26,796 nucleotides of DNA from Fimbriimonadaceae bacterium (lineage in GTDB: Bacteria > Armatimonadota > Fimbriimonadia > Fimbriimonadales > Fimbriimonadaceae), in assembly GCA_034667265.1 (NCBI GenBank), contig JAXDKF010000173.1:1-26796 (forward strand). Reading direction: 5' to 3'. The notes below the pieces were generated by a model, which did not search any database, was not told the origin of the DNA, and was given only the letters and a program-made list of their open reading frames with translations. Below are positions 17,708 to 25,896 of the stretch, piece by piece (the first letter of the stretch is position 1; each line of letters starts with the position of its first letter). Made by a program: the position numbers and the translations under genes.

Positions 17708-17825
17708 AGGTTCAGATTACTTGGCTGGCCGGATGCAACGGATTTAACGTGGAGGCGCCGAGATCGTCTAGGGCGCGAGAGTGCTCCTGGAGGCAGCCGC
17801 GTTGGACGTAGGTACATTTCCACCG

Positions 17826-19463
17826 ATGGCGCAGTACGCACTCGGGCTCGACTTCGGGACCAACAGCGTGCGCGCGCTTATTGTCGATTGCGCAGATGGC
17901 TCTGAGCTCGCGACAGGTGTGGCGCAGTACTCGAGCGGTGATGAAGGGGTGATCACCGATCCCAAGGATCACAACCTCGCGCGTCAGAACCCGCTCGACT
18001 ATCACGCCTCGCTAGACCTTGCGATGCAAGAGGCGTTGAAAGTAGCGCGCGCTACCGGAGATTTCGATGCCGCGCACATCGTGGGAATCGGAGTCGACAC
18101 GACAGGCTCCACACCCATGCCGACGATGTACGACGGCTTTCCTGTCGCGATGGAAGAAGAGTTTCACGACAACACCAACGCCATGGCATGGCTGTGGAAG
18201 GACCACACGGCGTACGCGGAAGCGGAAGAAATCACGGACCTTGCGCGGAAGCAGGGCCGGCCTTACTTGGCAAAGTGCGGCGGCACTTACTCGTCCGAGT
18301 GGTTCTGGTCGAAGATCCTTCGCGCAGCGAGGCTGGAGCCGATCCTCGTCGAAGGTCCGACCGACACATGGATGGAGCTCTGCGACTTCATTCCCGGTTA
18401 TCTCTGTCTCGAGGAGGCGGGCCAGGTGCCGAGAAGCGTCTGCGCGGCCGGGCACAAGGCGATGTACTCCGGTGAATGGGGAGGGTTGCCCGACAAAGAT
18501 TTTCTGGCAGCGCTCCATCCTGCTTTGGCTGGGCTGCGAGATCGGCTGTACGAGAAAGCGTATCCGTCTGACCGCAAGGCGGGTGGGCTGGCACAGGCGC
18601 ATGCCGAGAAGTGGGGCCTGCGGACCGGCACGCCAGTGGCCGTGGGGATCCTTGACGCCCATGCGGGTGCTGTGGGAAGCGGTGTCGGTCCAGGCCGGCT
18701 CGTGAAGATCATCGGCACGAGCACCTGCGACATCATGGTGGCGTCCCACGTGCCGGATATTCCGGGTGTCGCGGGAATCGTGGATGGATCGGTGATTCCC
18801 GGGATGATCGGCATCGAAGCTGGGCAGTCTGCCGTTGGCGATATCTTCGCGTGGTGGTCGAAGGTTTGCGGCAAGTCGCAAGAAGAGCTTGCGTGGGACG
18901 CCTCGCGCTTGCGCGCTGGTGAGAGCGGCTTGATTGCGCTGGATTGGAATAACGGCAACCGCAACGTTCTTGCCGACCCGCTGTTGAGCGGTCTGCTCGT
19001 CGGCCAGACGCTGCATACCACGGCGGCGGAGATCTACCGCGCGCTGATCGAGGCGACGGCCTTTGGCGCGCTCAAGATCATCCAGCGCATCGAGGAGCAT
19101 GGAGTGACGATTGAAGATGTCGTGGCTTGCGGCGGCATCGCGGAGAAGAGCTCGATGGCCATGCAGATCTATGCGGACGTCCTGAACCGCCCGATCCGCC
19201 TGAGCCGTTGCGCACAAGCGCCAGCCCTAGGCGCTGCGATCTTTGGCTCTGTGGTCGGCAGTGTTCACGCAGACGTGCAAACCGCCCAAGCCGCCATGAC
19301 GGGCTTCAAGGACGTGCAGTACCTGCCCGATCCGATCGCCGTGACGGTGTATGCACGATTGTTTGAGCTGTACGAGGACCTGCACGATGCGTTCGGGCTG
19401 TCGGACCGCTTCCAGGTGATGAAGGATCTGATCGCGGTTCAGAAAGAAGCAAGAAATGGCTAG
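17826..19463 (+). CDS. araB: Ribulokinase (FGGY family, AraB-type)
   Basis: Start ATG 17826 gives ALGLDFGTNSVRAL; IGVDTTGSTP, WLWKDHTA, GGTYSSEWFWSK, AAGHKAM, GQSAVGD, LDWNNGNR and ATAFG closely follow AraB. Confidence 0.9.
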   Translation: MAQYALGLDFGTNSVRALIVDCADGSELATGVAQYSSGDEGVITDPKDHNLARQNPLDYHASLDLAMQEALKVARATGDFDAAHIVGIGVDTTGSTPMPTMYDGFPVAMEEEFHDNTNAMAWLWKDHTAYAEAEEITDLARKQGRPYLAKCGGTYSSEWFWSKILRAARLEPILVEGPTDTWMELCDFIPGYLCLEEAGQVPRSVCAAGHKAMYSGEWGGLPDKDFLAALHPALAGLRDRLYEKAYPSDRKAGGLAQAHAEKWGLRTGTPVAVGILDAHAGAVGSGVGPGRLVKIIGTSTCDIMVASHVPDIPGVAGIVDGSVIPGMIGIEAGQSAVGDIFAWWSKVCGKSQEELAWDASRLRAGESGLIALDWNNGNRNVLADPLLSGLLVGQTLHTTAAEIYRALIEATAFGALKIIQRIEEHGVTIEDVVACGGIAEKSSMAMQIYADVLNRPIRLSRCAQAPALGAAIFGSVVGSVHADVQTAQAAMTGFKDVQYLPDPIAVTVYARLFELYEDLHDAFGLSDRFQVMKDLIAVQKEARNG

Positions 19464-19472
19464 ATAGGGTCT

Positions 19473-19523
19473 GCTCCCCCGGCCCGGCTACGAGGTTGTC
19501 GAGGCCGTATGGGAGGGGGGAGC
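19473..19523. terminator. Stem-loop between convergent araB and M28 genes (possible terminator or REP-like element)
   Basis: GCTCCCCC (19473-80) pairs with GGGGGAGC (19516-23) around an internally structured loop; no U-tract. Confidence 0.35.
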
Positions 19524-19571
19524 GAGTTAACCTTTGGCCCAGGGGACTCTCCAACCGCGCACTCCCACAGG

Positions 19572-20939
19572 TCAGGGAAGACCCTCTTCCGAAATGAGCC
19601 AGGCCAAAGCAGCCATGCTCAACGCGCCGAGCTCTAGCTCTCGCGGATTGACCTTGTCCAATGTGTCCTTGGCCGAGTGATGGTAGTCGAAGTACCGCTG
19701 ACTTTCTGGAGAGAGCCCGAAGAGGACAGCCCCTTGCGCGGCCAGCGGACCAACGTCCGCACCGCCGCCTCCTCCAAAGCTGAAGCGCTCGGCCTCGAAA
19801 ACGGAAAGCGCCGCGAGCCACCTGTTCAGCCGTCGCCCTTTGGACTTACCAAGGGAGCAACTAAATCCTCGGGGAGCAAAGCCACCTGAATCTGACTCGA
19901 TGCCGGCGATGTGCTTTTCCGGCGCAGTCTTGGCGTGTTCCGCATAGGCTTCCGCGCCGCGACCGCCGTTCTCCTCGTTCATAAACAGCACGGCTCGTAT
20001 CGTCCGTTTTGGCTTCCAACCCAATTCTTTAATCAAGCGCAAGGCTTCCAATGAATGCACGATGCCCGCTCCGTCGTCGTGCGCTCCAACGCCTTTGTCC
20101 CAACTATCGAGGTGGCCGCCGATCACAATGACCTCGTTAGGTCTTTCCGAGCCTCGAATCTCACCAACGACACTCGCAGATGGCTCATCGGGCAGGGTTT
20201 GGCAGTTCAGCGTAAGTCGCACGCGCACCGGACCACGCTGCAGCGCATCATGAAGCTTGTTCGCCGCGACGATGCTGAGGGCAGCGCCAGGCACCTTTAC
20301 TCCGTCCTTGTCGTAGCTCGTGGTCCCGGTGTGAGGCACGTCGTCAGGATCGAGGGTCAGAGAGCGATTCAGCGAGGCCACCGCTCCAAGCTTGGCCGCC
20401 GTAGCGGGGCCTTGGAACCTCTGGCGTCCGGCTTTGCCGTAGGCGCCAAACGTGCTGGTAAGCGTGGGATCCATCGGCTCGTTGAAGAACAAGATCTTGC
20501 CCTTTGCTTGATCGCCGAGCTTTGCCGCATCGGCAAACGACGTGACCTCGACGATCTCCGCCGTAAGCCCATCAACCGGGGTCGGCACGCTCATGCCAAG
20601 CGCGCAGCAGGTCAGTGCGGTCTCCGCACCGGATGCGTCGATCATCACCAGGTCCTCTTTGTCGCCGCGTACCCAGTGCGGCACCATACACGGGACGAGT
20701 TGCACGTTCTCAAAGCCAAGCCGCTCCATCGTCGCCTTGCCCCACTCCATAGCTTTCGCGGCCTCGAGGGAACCGCTGAGCCTCGCGCCCACTTTTGTGG
20801 TCAGCTCGGTCAGAAGGCTGTACGCGCCAAGCTCCGCCATGCCTTTGTCGTTCAGCGGCTTGGTAACGGCGTCGTATTTGTTCTGAGCTGCGGCTACAGA
20901 CGCCACGAGTAGGAGTGGAAGGACATAGCGAGCGTGCAT
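19572..20939 (-). CDS. Secreted M28 family metallopeptidase (carboxypeptidase Q-like, with PA insert)
   Basis: Signal peptide; zinc-site motifs GGHLDSWD, GAHDDGAG, NEENG, IESDSG and YHHS. Confidence 0.9.
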   Translation of the reverse strand: MHARYVLPLLLVASVAAAQNKYDAVTKPLNDKGMAELGAYSLLTELTTKVGARLSGSLEAAKAMEWGKATMERLGFENVQLVPCMVPHWVRGDKEDLVMIDASGAETALTCCALGMSVPTPVDGLTAEIVEVTSFADAAKLGDQAKGKILFFNEPMDPTLTSTFGAYGKAGRQRFQGPATAAKLGAVASLNRSLTLDPDDVPHTGTTSYDKDGVKVPGAALSIVAANKLHDALQRGPVRVRLTLNCQTLPDEPSASVVGEIRGSERPNEVIVIGGHLDSWDKGVGAHDDGAGIVHSLEALRLIKELGWKPKRTIRAVLFMNEENGGRGAEAYAEHAKTAPEKHIAGIESDSGGFAPRGFSCSLGKSKGRRLNRWLAALSVFEAERFSFGGGGGADVGPLAAQGAVLFGLSPESQRYFDYHHSAKDTLDKVNPRELELGALSMAALAWLISEEGLP

Positions 20940-21134
20940 GCAAGCGAATTTACTAGATCGGCGAGCAATGCACGGCGCTAGGCCTTGGACCTTACGGGAA
21001 CGCTCGAACCTTGGCTTGATCGCTCTCCAGCGTCCAAGCTCGATTGCCGCAACCTGAAATGGGGAAACAGAAACTCGCCCCCAAACGTCTCGAATGGACG
21101 TATTCGGCCAATAACTGAACTGGCTGGTAACCTG

Positions 21135-22991
21135 ATGGCTTCAAGGATGAGATTTTTTCGGCACGCATTTGCGGCCGTAGCCACGCTGTTGGCTGTGGCA
21201 GTGCACGCGCAAACCGGGCCGATTCGGCCGAACGGTGCGACTGTCATCGTTAATGAAGTGCCCGTCGTCGAGTTCAAGACGACCTACAACGGTCTCTCCC
21301 CCGAAGCCCGAGCCAATTTGTTTGTGGAGCGACTGACCAACTCCACCGGCTCCGTTACGGTAACCGGAAGCGGGGAAGATAGAAAGATCATGCGGGGCGC
21401 CTCCCTGCTCACGGTTCTCACTCCGGACGAGGCCAGCGCAAACGGCACGAGCGTGGAAGGGCTCGCCACGAACCTCTTCCAATCCCTCAAGAGCGCTCTT
21501 TCCCTTCCCGCGCTAAAGCTGCCGCAGACCTCTATGCGCATCCCGCAGGGCGAGAACAGGACCGTCAAGCTCACCGGAAGTAAAGCATTCGCGGCCACGA
21601 TCACTAGCTCCGATTACAAAGTCGCCAAGGCTCAGAAAGGACCCGACGGCCTGCTGATCCAAACCTCCGGACAGGGTCAGGCCACCCTAACGATCACAGC
21701 CGGCGATGCAACCCAGAACCTGAATGTCGAGGTCTGGCCGTACGCGGCGCCATTCCCTCAGAACATCACGGCTTCGATCACGGGCTATCCCGCCAGCGAG
21801 GACACGATGCGCGGCGCGATCGAAGGCGCCCTTCGCACCCAAGTCAAAGCCGTGCCGGGTGCAAACCTTGTTTTTAACGTCGGCGCTGTGAGCACTCTCG
21901 AGATCGGCAGCTCGCAGGTCATCGACGTACCGGTTCATGTGAACGGACCGCGCAGCATTGCTAATGAAGGCGTTGTGAAGGTCACGGTCAAAAATCTCCC
22001 CATCGCCAAGCGGTCCGAGGGCGAGCTCTGGTACTGCAACGATCCCGAGAGCCTAAAGAAGACCGGGCCACTTTTCTCATCGCCGCTCCTGCGCGACAGC
22101 CCCGTTCGGTTGCTCTACCATCACGTGAACGACACGCTCTATCCGCTATGCGTGCGCGTGCAGGTCGTGAACGATTCCGACACGCCGGCAAGGCTGCTCC
22201 TCATGCCGGGAGACAGCAAGCCCGACAAAAACCCGGTTCTGGCCGGCCTCATGGCGGCCGATCAATACATTCGCCACTGGATGTCGAATTCGGGCGAGGT
22301 CGTGACCGTAGGCGCCCGCTGCTCGATGCCGATCTCCTTGCGCAAGCTAACGCCAGGGGACACCATGAGCGGCCTGTGCGCACTGCGCTTGCTGGACGGG
22401 CCCGACAGCGTTCTCGTTCGAGCCGATGCGATTCCTCCTTTCGAAGCGGATCCTCGGTGGATGGCCGCTCTTAACAGCCCAGCTCCGTGGCGGTTTGTGG
22501 GCTCGCCAAAGATCAGCTATTACGACCAGGGGCCGACCGTAACCTCAACCCACATCTATCCCAACCCGTTCAAGCAGGAAGACGTTGAGTACCAGGTGGG
22601 TGGCCGGTATGGCTTCGTGAGAATCGGGCAGAAGCCGATCGCGAACACGAGCCAGGACAAGGCGCTCGAGGGCAACTTCGGCGTCGTCTACACGATCCGC
22701 GCCAACATGATTAACTCGACCAACGCACCTGCGGACGTCGAAGTCGTATTTGAGGCAAGCGCGGGCTATGCGGCGGCCTTATTTGTGGTCAACGGGCAAC
22801 TTAAGAAGACGCAGCCGCTGCCTCCTAAAGGCGAGACTCAGCTTGCGGTGGTGCACCTCGATCCCGGGGCGTCCAAGTGGATGACGCTGATGACGATTCC
22901 GCATTCGGGCGGCAGCTATCCGGCCACGGTGACGATCCGGCCGATCCAAGATGCGACGCGGTACAAGGCGGTTGTTGTGGACCGGAAGTAA
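21135..22991 (+). CDS. Large secreted hypothetical protein (Ig-like middle, C-terminal region reminiscent of DUF3370-like domains)
   Basis: Start ATG 21135 or 21147 gives the signal peptide MRFFRHAFAAVATLLAVAVHA; beta-rich throughout; motifs NDPE, RLLYHHVN and GNFGVVY. Confidence 0.75.
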   Translation: MASRMRFFRHAFAAVATLLAVAVHAQTGPIRPNGATVIVNEVPVVEFKTTYNGLSPEARANLFVERLTNSTGSVTVTGSGEDRKIMRGASLLTVLTPDEASANGTSVEGLATNLFQSLKSALSLPALKLPQTSMRIPQGENRTVKLTGSKAFAATITSSDYKVAKAQKGPDGLLIQTSGQGQATLTITAGDATQNLNVEVWPYAAPFPQNITASITGYPASEDTMRGAIEGALRTQVKAVPGANLVFNVGAVSTLEIGSSQVIDVPVHVNGPRSIANEGVVKVTVKNLPIAKRSEGELWYCNDPESLKKTGPLFSSPLLRDSPVRLLYHHVNDTLYPLCVRVQVVNDSDTPARLLLMPGDSKPDKNPVLAGLMAADQYIRHWMSNSGEVVTVGARCSMPISLRKLTPGDTMSGLCALRLLDGPDSVLVRADAIPPFEADPRWMAALNSPAPWRFVGSPKISYYDQGPTVTSTHIYPNPFKQEDVEYQVGGRYGFVRIGQKPIANTSQDKALEGNFGVVYTIRANMINSTNAPADVEVVFEASAGYAAALFVVNGQLKKTQPLPPKGETQLAVVHLDPGASKWMTLMTIPHSGGSYPATVTIRPIQDATRYKAVVVDRK

Positions 22992-23033
22992 TCGGCACCG
23001 TTCTTGCTGCGATAATTGGAGTAGAAATCCAAT

Positions 23034-23906
23034 ATGTCCGAGCCGCCTTCCTTTAGCCAGATCGCCGAGTTGTTTCAGCTCGAGCTCCCACGAGCCACAA
23101 GCATCGTTCCCGCCAGTTCGCCCAAGAAGAAGGAAGGGAAGGACGCCGCGGAGAGCGAGGAGCTGGGTCGCCAGAGCATGAGCGATGGCGACTACGAAAC
23201 GGCTATCAAGCATTTTAAGAAGGCTTGCGAGCAGCGCGAGGATCCCAATCCTGACACTTTGGTGGATCTCGCGGGTGTATACGAGTACGCGGACCTGGCG
23301 CCTCAAGCCATGCGCCAATACGAGAAGGCACTTCGTATCCGGAAGGATGCGGTGGAGCCTCACCTCGGGCTGTCCGATCTTTACAAGCGGTATGGCCGCT
23401 GGCGAGACGCCATCGAGAAGTTGCAAAAAGCTATCGATCTGGAGCCCGGCAACGCGTTCTTGCGGATCAAGCTGGCCGAGACTTTGCGCGATATGGGCGA
23501 GCCGAAGCGCGCGTTGGAAGCTGCGCAAGGCGCCGTGGCGGCCAAGCCGGACGAGTCCTTCTATCACTACTGGGTCGGCGATCTGCTGATCGACCTGAAG
23601 CGCTACGACGAGGCGCTGAACGCACTGCGGGCGGCCATCGAGCTTTCTCCCGGCGACGACTTCCTCTACCAGCGTGCCTGCGTGGCGTTCTGGTGTACCG
23701 GCCGCAAGCCGGAAGCTATTAAAGCGGTGCGACTGGCAAGCGACCTCGATCCCGAAAAGCCTTTGTACCAGGGGCTGCTGGAGTTGCTCCTCCGCGCCAC
23801 CGGAATGGAAGTAGAGGCGGACCTGGAACACAAAGCTGCCTCGAAGATGGACCGCTACGACCGAGAAATCCTGAGACGTTTGGCCGCCGAAATGGGTTTA
23901 CACTGA
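23034..23906 (+). CDS. Tetratricopeptide repeat protein
   Basis: Multiple TPR-type helical pairs (LAGVYE..A..QYEKALRI, LGLSDLY..AIEKLQKAIDLEP, VGDLLI..ALRAAIELSP). TG-C-GATAAT and GGAG lie upstream. Confidence 0.88.
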   Translation: MSEPPSFSQIAELFQLELPRATSIVPASSPKKKEGKDAAESEELGRQSMSDGDYETAIKHFKKACEQREDPNPDTLVDLAGVYEYADLAPQAMRQYEKALRIRKDAVEPHLGLSDLYKRYGRWRDAIEKLQKAIDLEPGNAFLRIKLAETLRDMGEPKRALEAAQGAVAAKPDESFYHYWVGDLLIDLKRYDEALNALRAAIELSPGDDFLYQRACVAFWCTGRKPEAIKAVRLASDLDPEKPLYQGLLELLLRATGMEVEADLEHKAASKMDRYDREILRRLAAEMGLH

Positions 23907-23909
23907 AAG

Positions 23910-23945
23910 AGCGCTGAGTGTTAGGCGTTGAGTGCTGAGCACTCA
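23910..23945. repeat. Degenerate heptamer array followed by an inverted copy
   Basis: AGCGCTG-AGTGTTA-GGCGTTG-AGTGCTG; TGAGTGCT (23929-36) and AGCACTCA (23938-45) are a perfect inverted pair. Confidence 0.75.
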
Positions 23946-23962
23946 GAATCTCAAGGGCTGCC

Positions 23963-24283
23963 ATGAAAAGATTTGCAACCGAGGGCTGGTGGATCGGCAC
24001 ACTCTCGCTGCTGATCGTCTCCAATCTGATCCTGCTCTACTGGATCTGCACCGCCTACTTCGGCTGGGAGAACGGCTACGCGTTTGGCGACTTCCTTTAC
24101 TACCTCGCGTTCTTTCCCGGGCTCGTGATCGCGCCGATGGGAGCATTGTTCGGTTTCCTAACGGCCGTCGATTTTGCGACAGTAGGGAATCGTGGGCGTT
24201 CCGCGGTTCTCGCGTTCCTGTCCGGCGGGGCGGCGATCTGCGCCTACATCTGCTGGAACGCGATCCTCACGGGTGGCAGGTAG
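23963..24283 (+). CDS. Small hypothetical integral membrane protein (about 3 TM helices)
   Basis: 106 aa with three hydrophobic segments; fills the gap and converges on trpE. Confidence 0.65.
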   Translation: MKRFATEGWWIGTLSLLIVSNLILLYWICTAYFGWENGYAFGDFLYYLAFFPGLVIAPMGALFGFLTAVDFATVGNRGRSAVLAFLSGGAAICAYICWNAILTGGR

Positions 24284-24287
24284 GCGA

Positions 24288-25754
24288 TCACACGAGGCCT
24301 CGTTGTGCGGCGTCGATAGCGGCGAGTGACGCTCGCGCCTTGTTCAAGCATTCCTCGTACTCCTTCTCGGGGTCCGAGTCGTACACGATCCCCGCGCCCG
24401 CTTGGACGTAGGCCTTGCCATCCTTCATCAGGATCGTACGGATCGTAATGCACATGTCCATGTCTCCCGTAGCCGAGAAGAATCCCACCGAGCCGGCATA
24501 GGGTCCGCGGCGAGTGGGCTCGAGCTCGTCAATGATTTGCATGGCTCGGACTTTCGGCGCGCCAGATACGGTGCCCGCGGGAAAGGTGGCGCGGAGAAGA
24601 TCGAACGCGGTTTTGTCGGCGGGTAGCTCGCCGGTGACGTCGCTCACGATGTGCATGACGTGGCTATACCGCTCGATGACCATCAGCTCGTTTACCGTGA
24701 TGGAGCCATAGGTGCAGACCCGCCCTAGATCGTTGCGCCCGAGGTCGACCAGCATGATGTGCTCCGCGCGTTCCTTCTCGTCCTGAAGCAGGTCTTGGGC
24801 GAGCTCGTTGTCTTGCTCGGGAGTGGCTCCTCTGCGTCTGGTACCGGCGATGGGGCGAACACGCGCTTGACGTCCGTGCAGAGAGACCAGCAGCTCGGGG
24901 GAAGCGCCAACGAGATCGAAGTCGCCGAAGCGCAACAGGAACATATATGGCGACGGGTTGATAGACCGCAGCGCCCGATAGACGGTCAGCGGGTGGGCGT
25001 CAACCTGCGTGGAAAGCCGAAGGGAAGGCACCATCTGGATCCCGTCTCCTGCGGCGATGTACTCGCGAATCCGGGAGACGTTGCTCTGGAACTGTTCCTG
25101 CGTCTGGTTGCACGTGACCTCGTGGCTTTCAAACTCGCCGTGGGGCAACGCCGGCGCAGGCTCTGAGAGTCTCTCCAAGATGCGCACAACTTCCGCCGAG
25201 GCCGACTCGTACCCAGCTTCCGACCCATCCGCCAGCACGATCACCCGTATCAAATTCTTCGCGTGATCGAAGACCACGACCGCGTCGGTCAACATCATCG
25301 CAAGGTCGTCGATCTGCAGATCGTCTTCAGTGGAATCTGGGAGCCGCTCGAAGAAACGCACCAGGTCATAGGCGAACATGCCGACCGCGCCACCCACGAA
25401 CACCGGCAAACCCGGCACGGCAATAGGAGAGGCGGGCATTGCCTCTTGCAGAACGCTCAGCGGATCTTGCCCCGGTTGCAAACGCGATTCATCTTTCTGG
25501 CCTGTGCGCGTCCAAGACAGCTTCTCACCTTTCGTTCGCAGAACTGCTTTGGGACGCACGCCAAGCAGGCTGTATCGCGCGAGCTGCTCGCCGCCGGTGA
25601 CGCTCTCCAGTAGGAACGAGCAATCTTCGTCGTGGGCAAGCTTCCAGTAGGCGCTGAGCGGCGTCTCGAGGTCCGCGAGGACCTCCCGGTACACGGGCAT
25701 GGAGCGTGTGCCGCCGGTCTGGGCGAGATAGCTTTCCCGGGAAGGAACGAGCAT
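24288..25754 (-). CDS. trpE: Anthranilate synthase component I
   Basis: Likely start ATG 25754. Trp-feedback motifs LLES and NPSPYM; GASPE, RPIAGTR, KERAEHIMLVDLGRND, VMHIVS, PAGTVSGAPK, IRTI and QAGAGIV. Confidence 0.93.
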   Translation of the reverse strand: MLVPSRESYLAQTGGTRSMPVYREVLADLETPLSAYWKLAHDEDCSFLLESVTGGEQLARYSLLGVRPKAVLRTKGEKLSWTRTGQKDESRLQPGQDPLSVLQEAMPASPIAVPGLPVFVGGAVGMFAYDLVRFFERLPDSTEDDLQIDDLAMMLTDAVVVFDHAKNLIRVIVLADGSEAGYESASAEVVRILERLSEPAPALPHGEFESHEVTCNQTQEQFQSNVSRIREYIAAGDGIQMVPSLRLSTQVDAHPLTVYRALRSINPSPYMFLLRFGDFDLVGASPELLVSLHGRQARVRPIAGTRRRGATPEQDNELAQDLLQDEKERAEHIMLVDLGRNDLGRVCTYGSITVNELMVIERYSHVMHIVSDVTGELPADKTAFDLLRATFPAGTVSGAPKVRAMQIIDELEPTRRGPYAGSVGFFSATGDMDMCITIRTILMKDGKAYVQAGAGIVYDSDPEKEYEECLNKARASLAAIDAAQRGLV

Positions 25755-25779
25755 TCGAAATGAGATTATGAAGCTCGAC

Positions 25780-25867
25780 AAAAAAGAGTGCCCGCAAGGT
25801 TAGTCGCGGGCAAACGATAAGGTAAGGAGAGCTACCGATGGATTCCATCGGCACTCGATCGTTTATC
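25780..25867. promoter_or_regulatory. Highly structured intergenic segment; terminator-like hairpin plus T-tract on the minus strand upstream of trpE
   Basis: TGCCCGC/GCGGGCA (25789-25812), CCGATGG/CCATCGG (25835-51), GAGTGCC/GGCACTC (25786-92/25850-56) and AAACGAT/ATCGTTT (25812-18/25858-64); A6 at 25780-85. Confidence 0.4.
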
Positions 25868-25896
25868 CACGCAATCTCTGTGCCAGAATTCGGCGG

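Noticed and set aside
22779-23831. Long antisense ORFs (e.g. 22779..23831, 18012..19217, 25525..26514, 20055..20912)
   Set aside because: They are shadows of well-supported genes on the opposite strand, as expected in GC-rich DNA.
24288-25754. pabB instead of trpE
   Set aside because: The LLES and NPSPYM tryptophan-feedback motifs and overall length favour TrpE.
25755-25896. T-box, TRAP or classical trp/leu leader-peptide attenuator, glycine or c-di-GMP riboswitch
   Set aside because: Required cores are absent; only fragments (GGCAAAC, GGAGAG) match, and there is no Trp- or Leu-rich leader on the appropriate strand.
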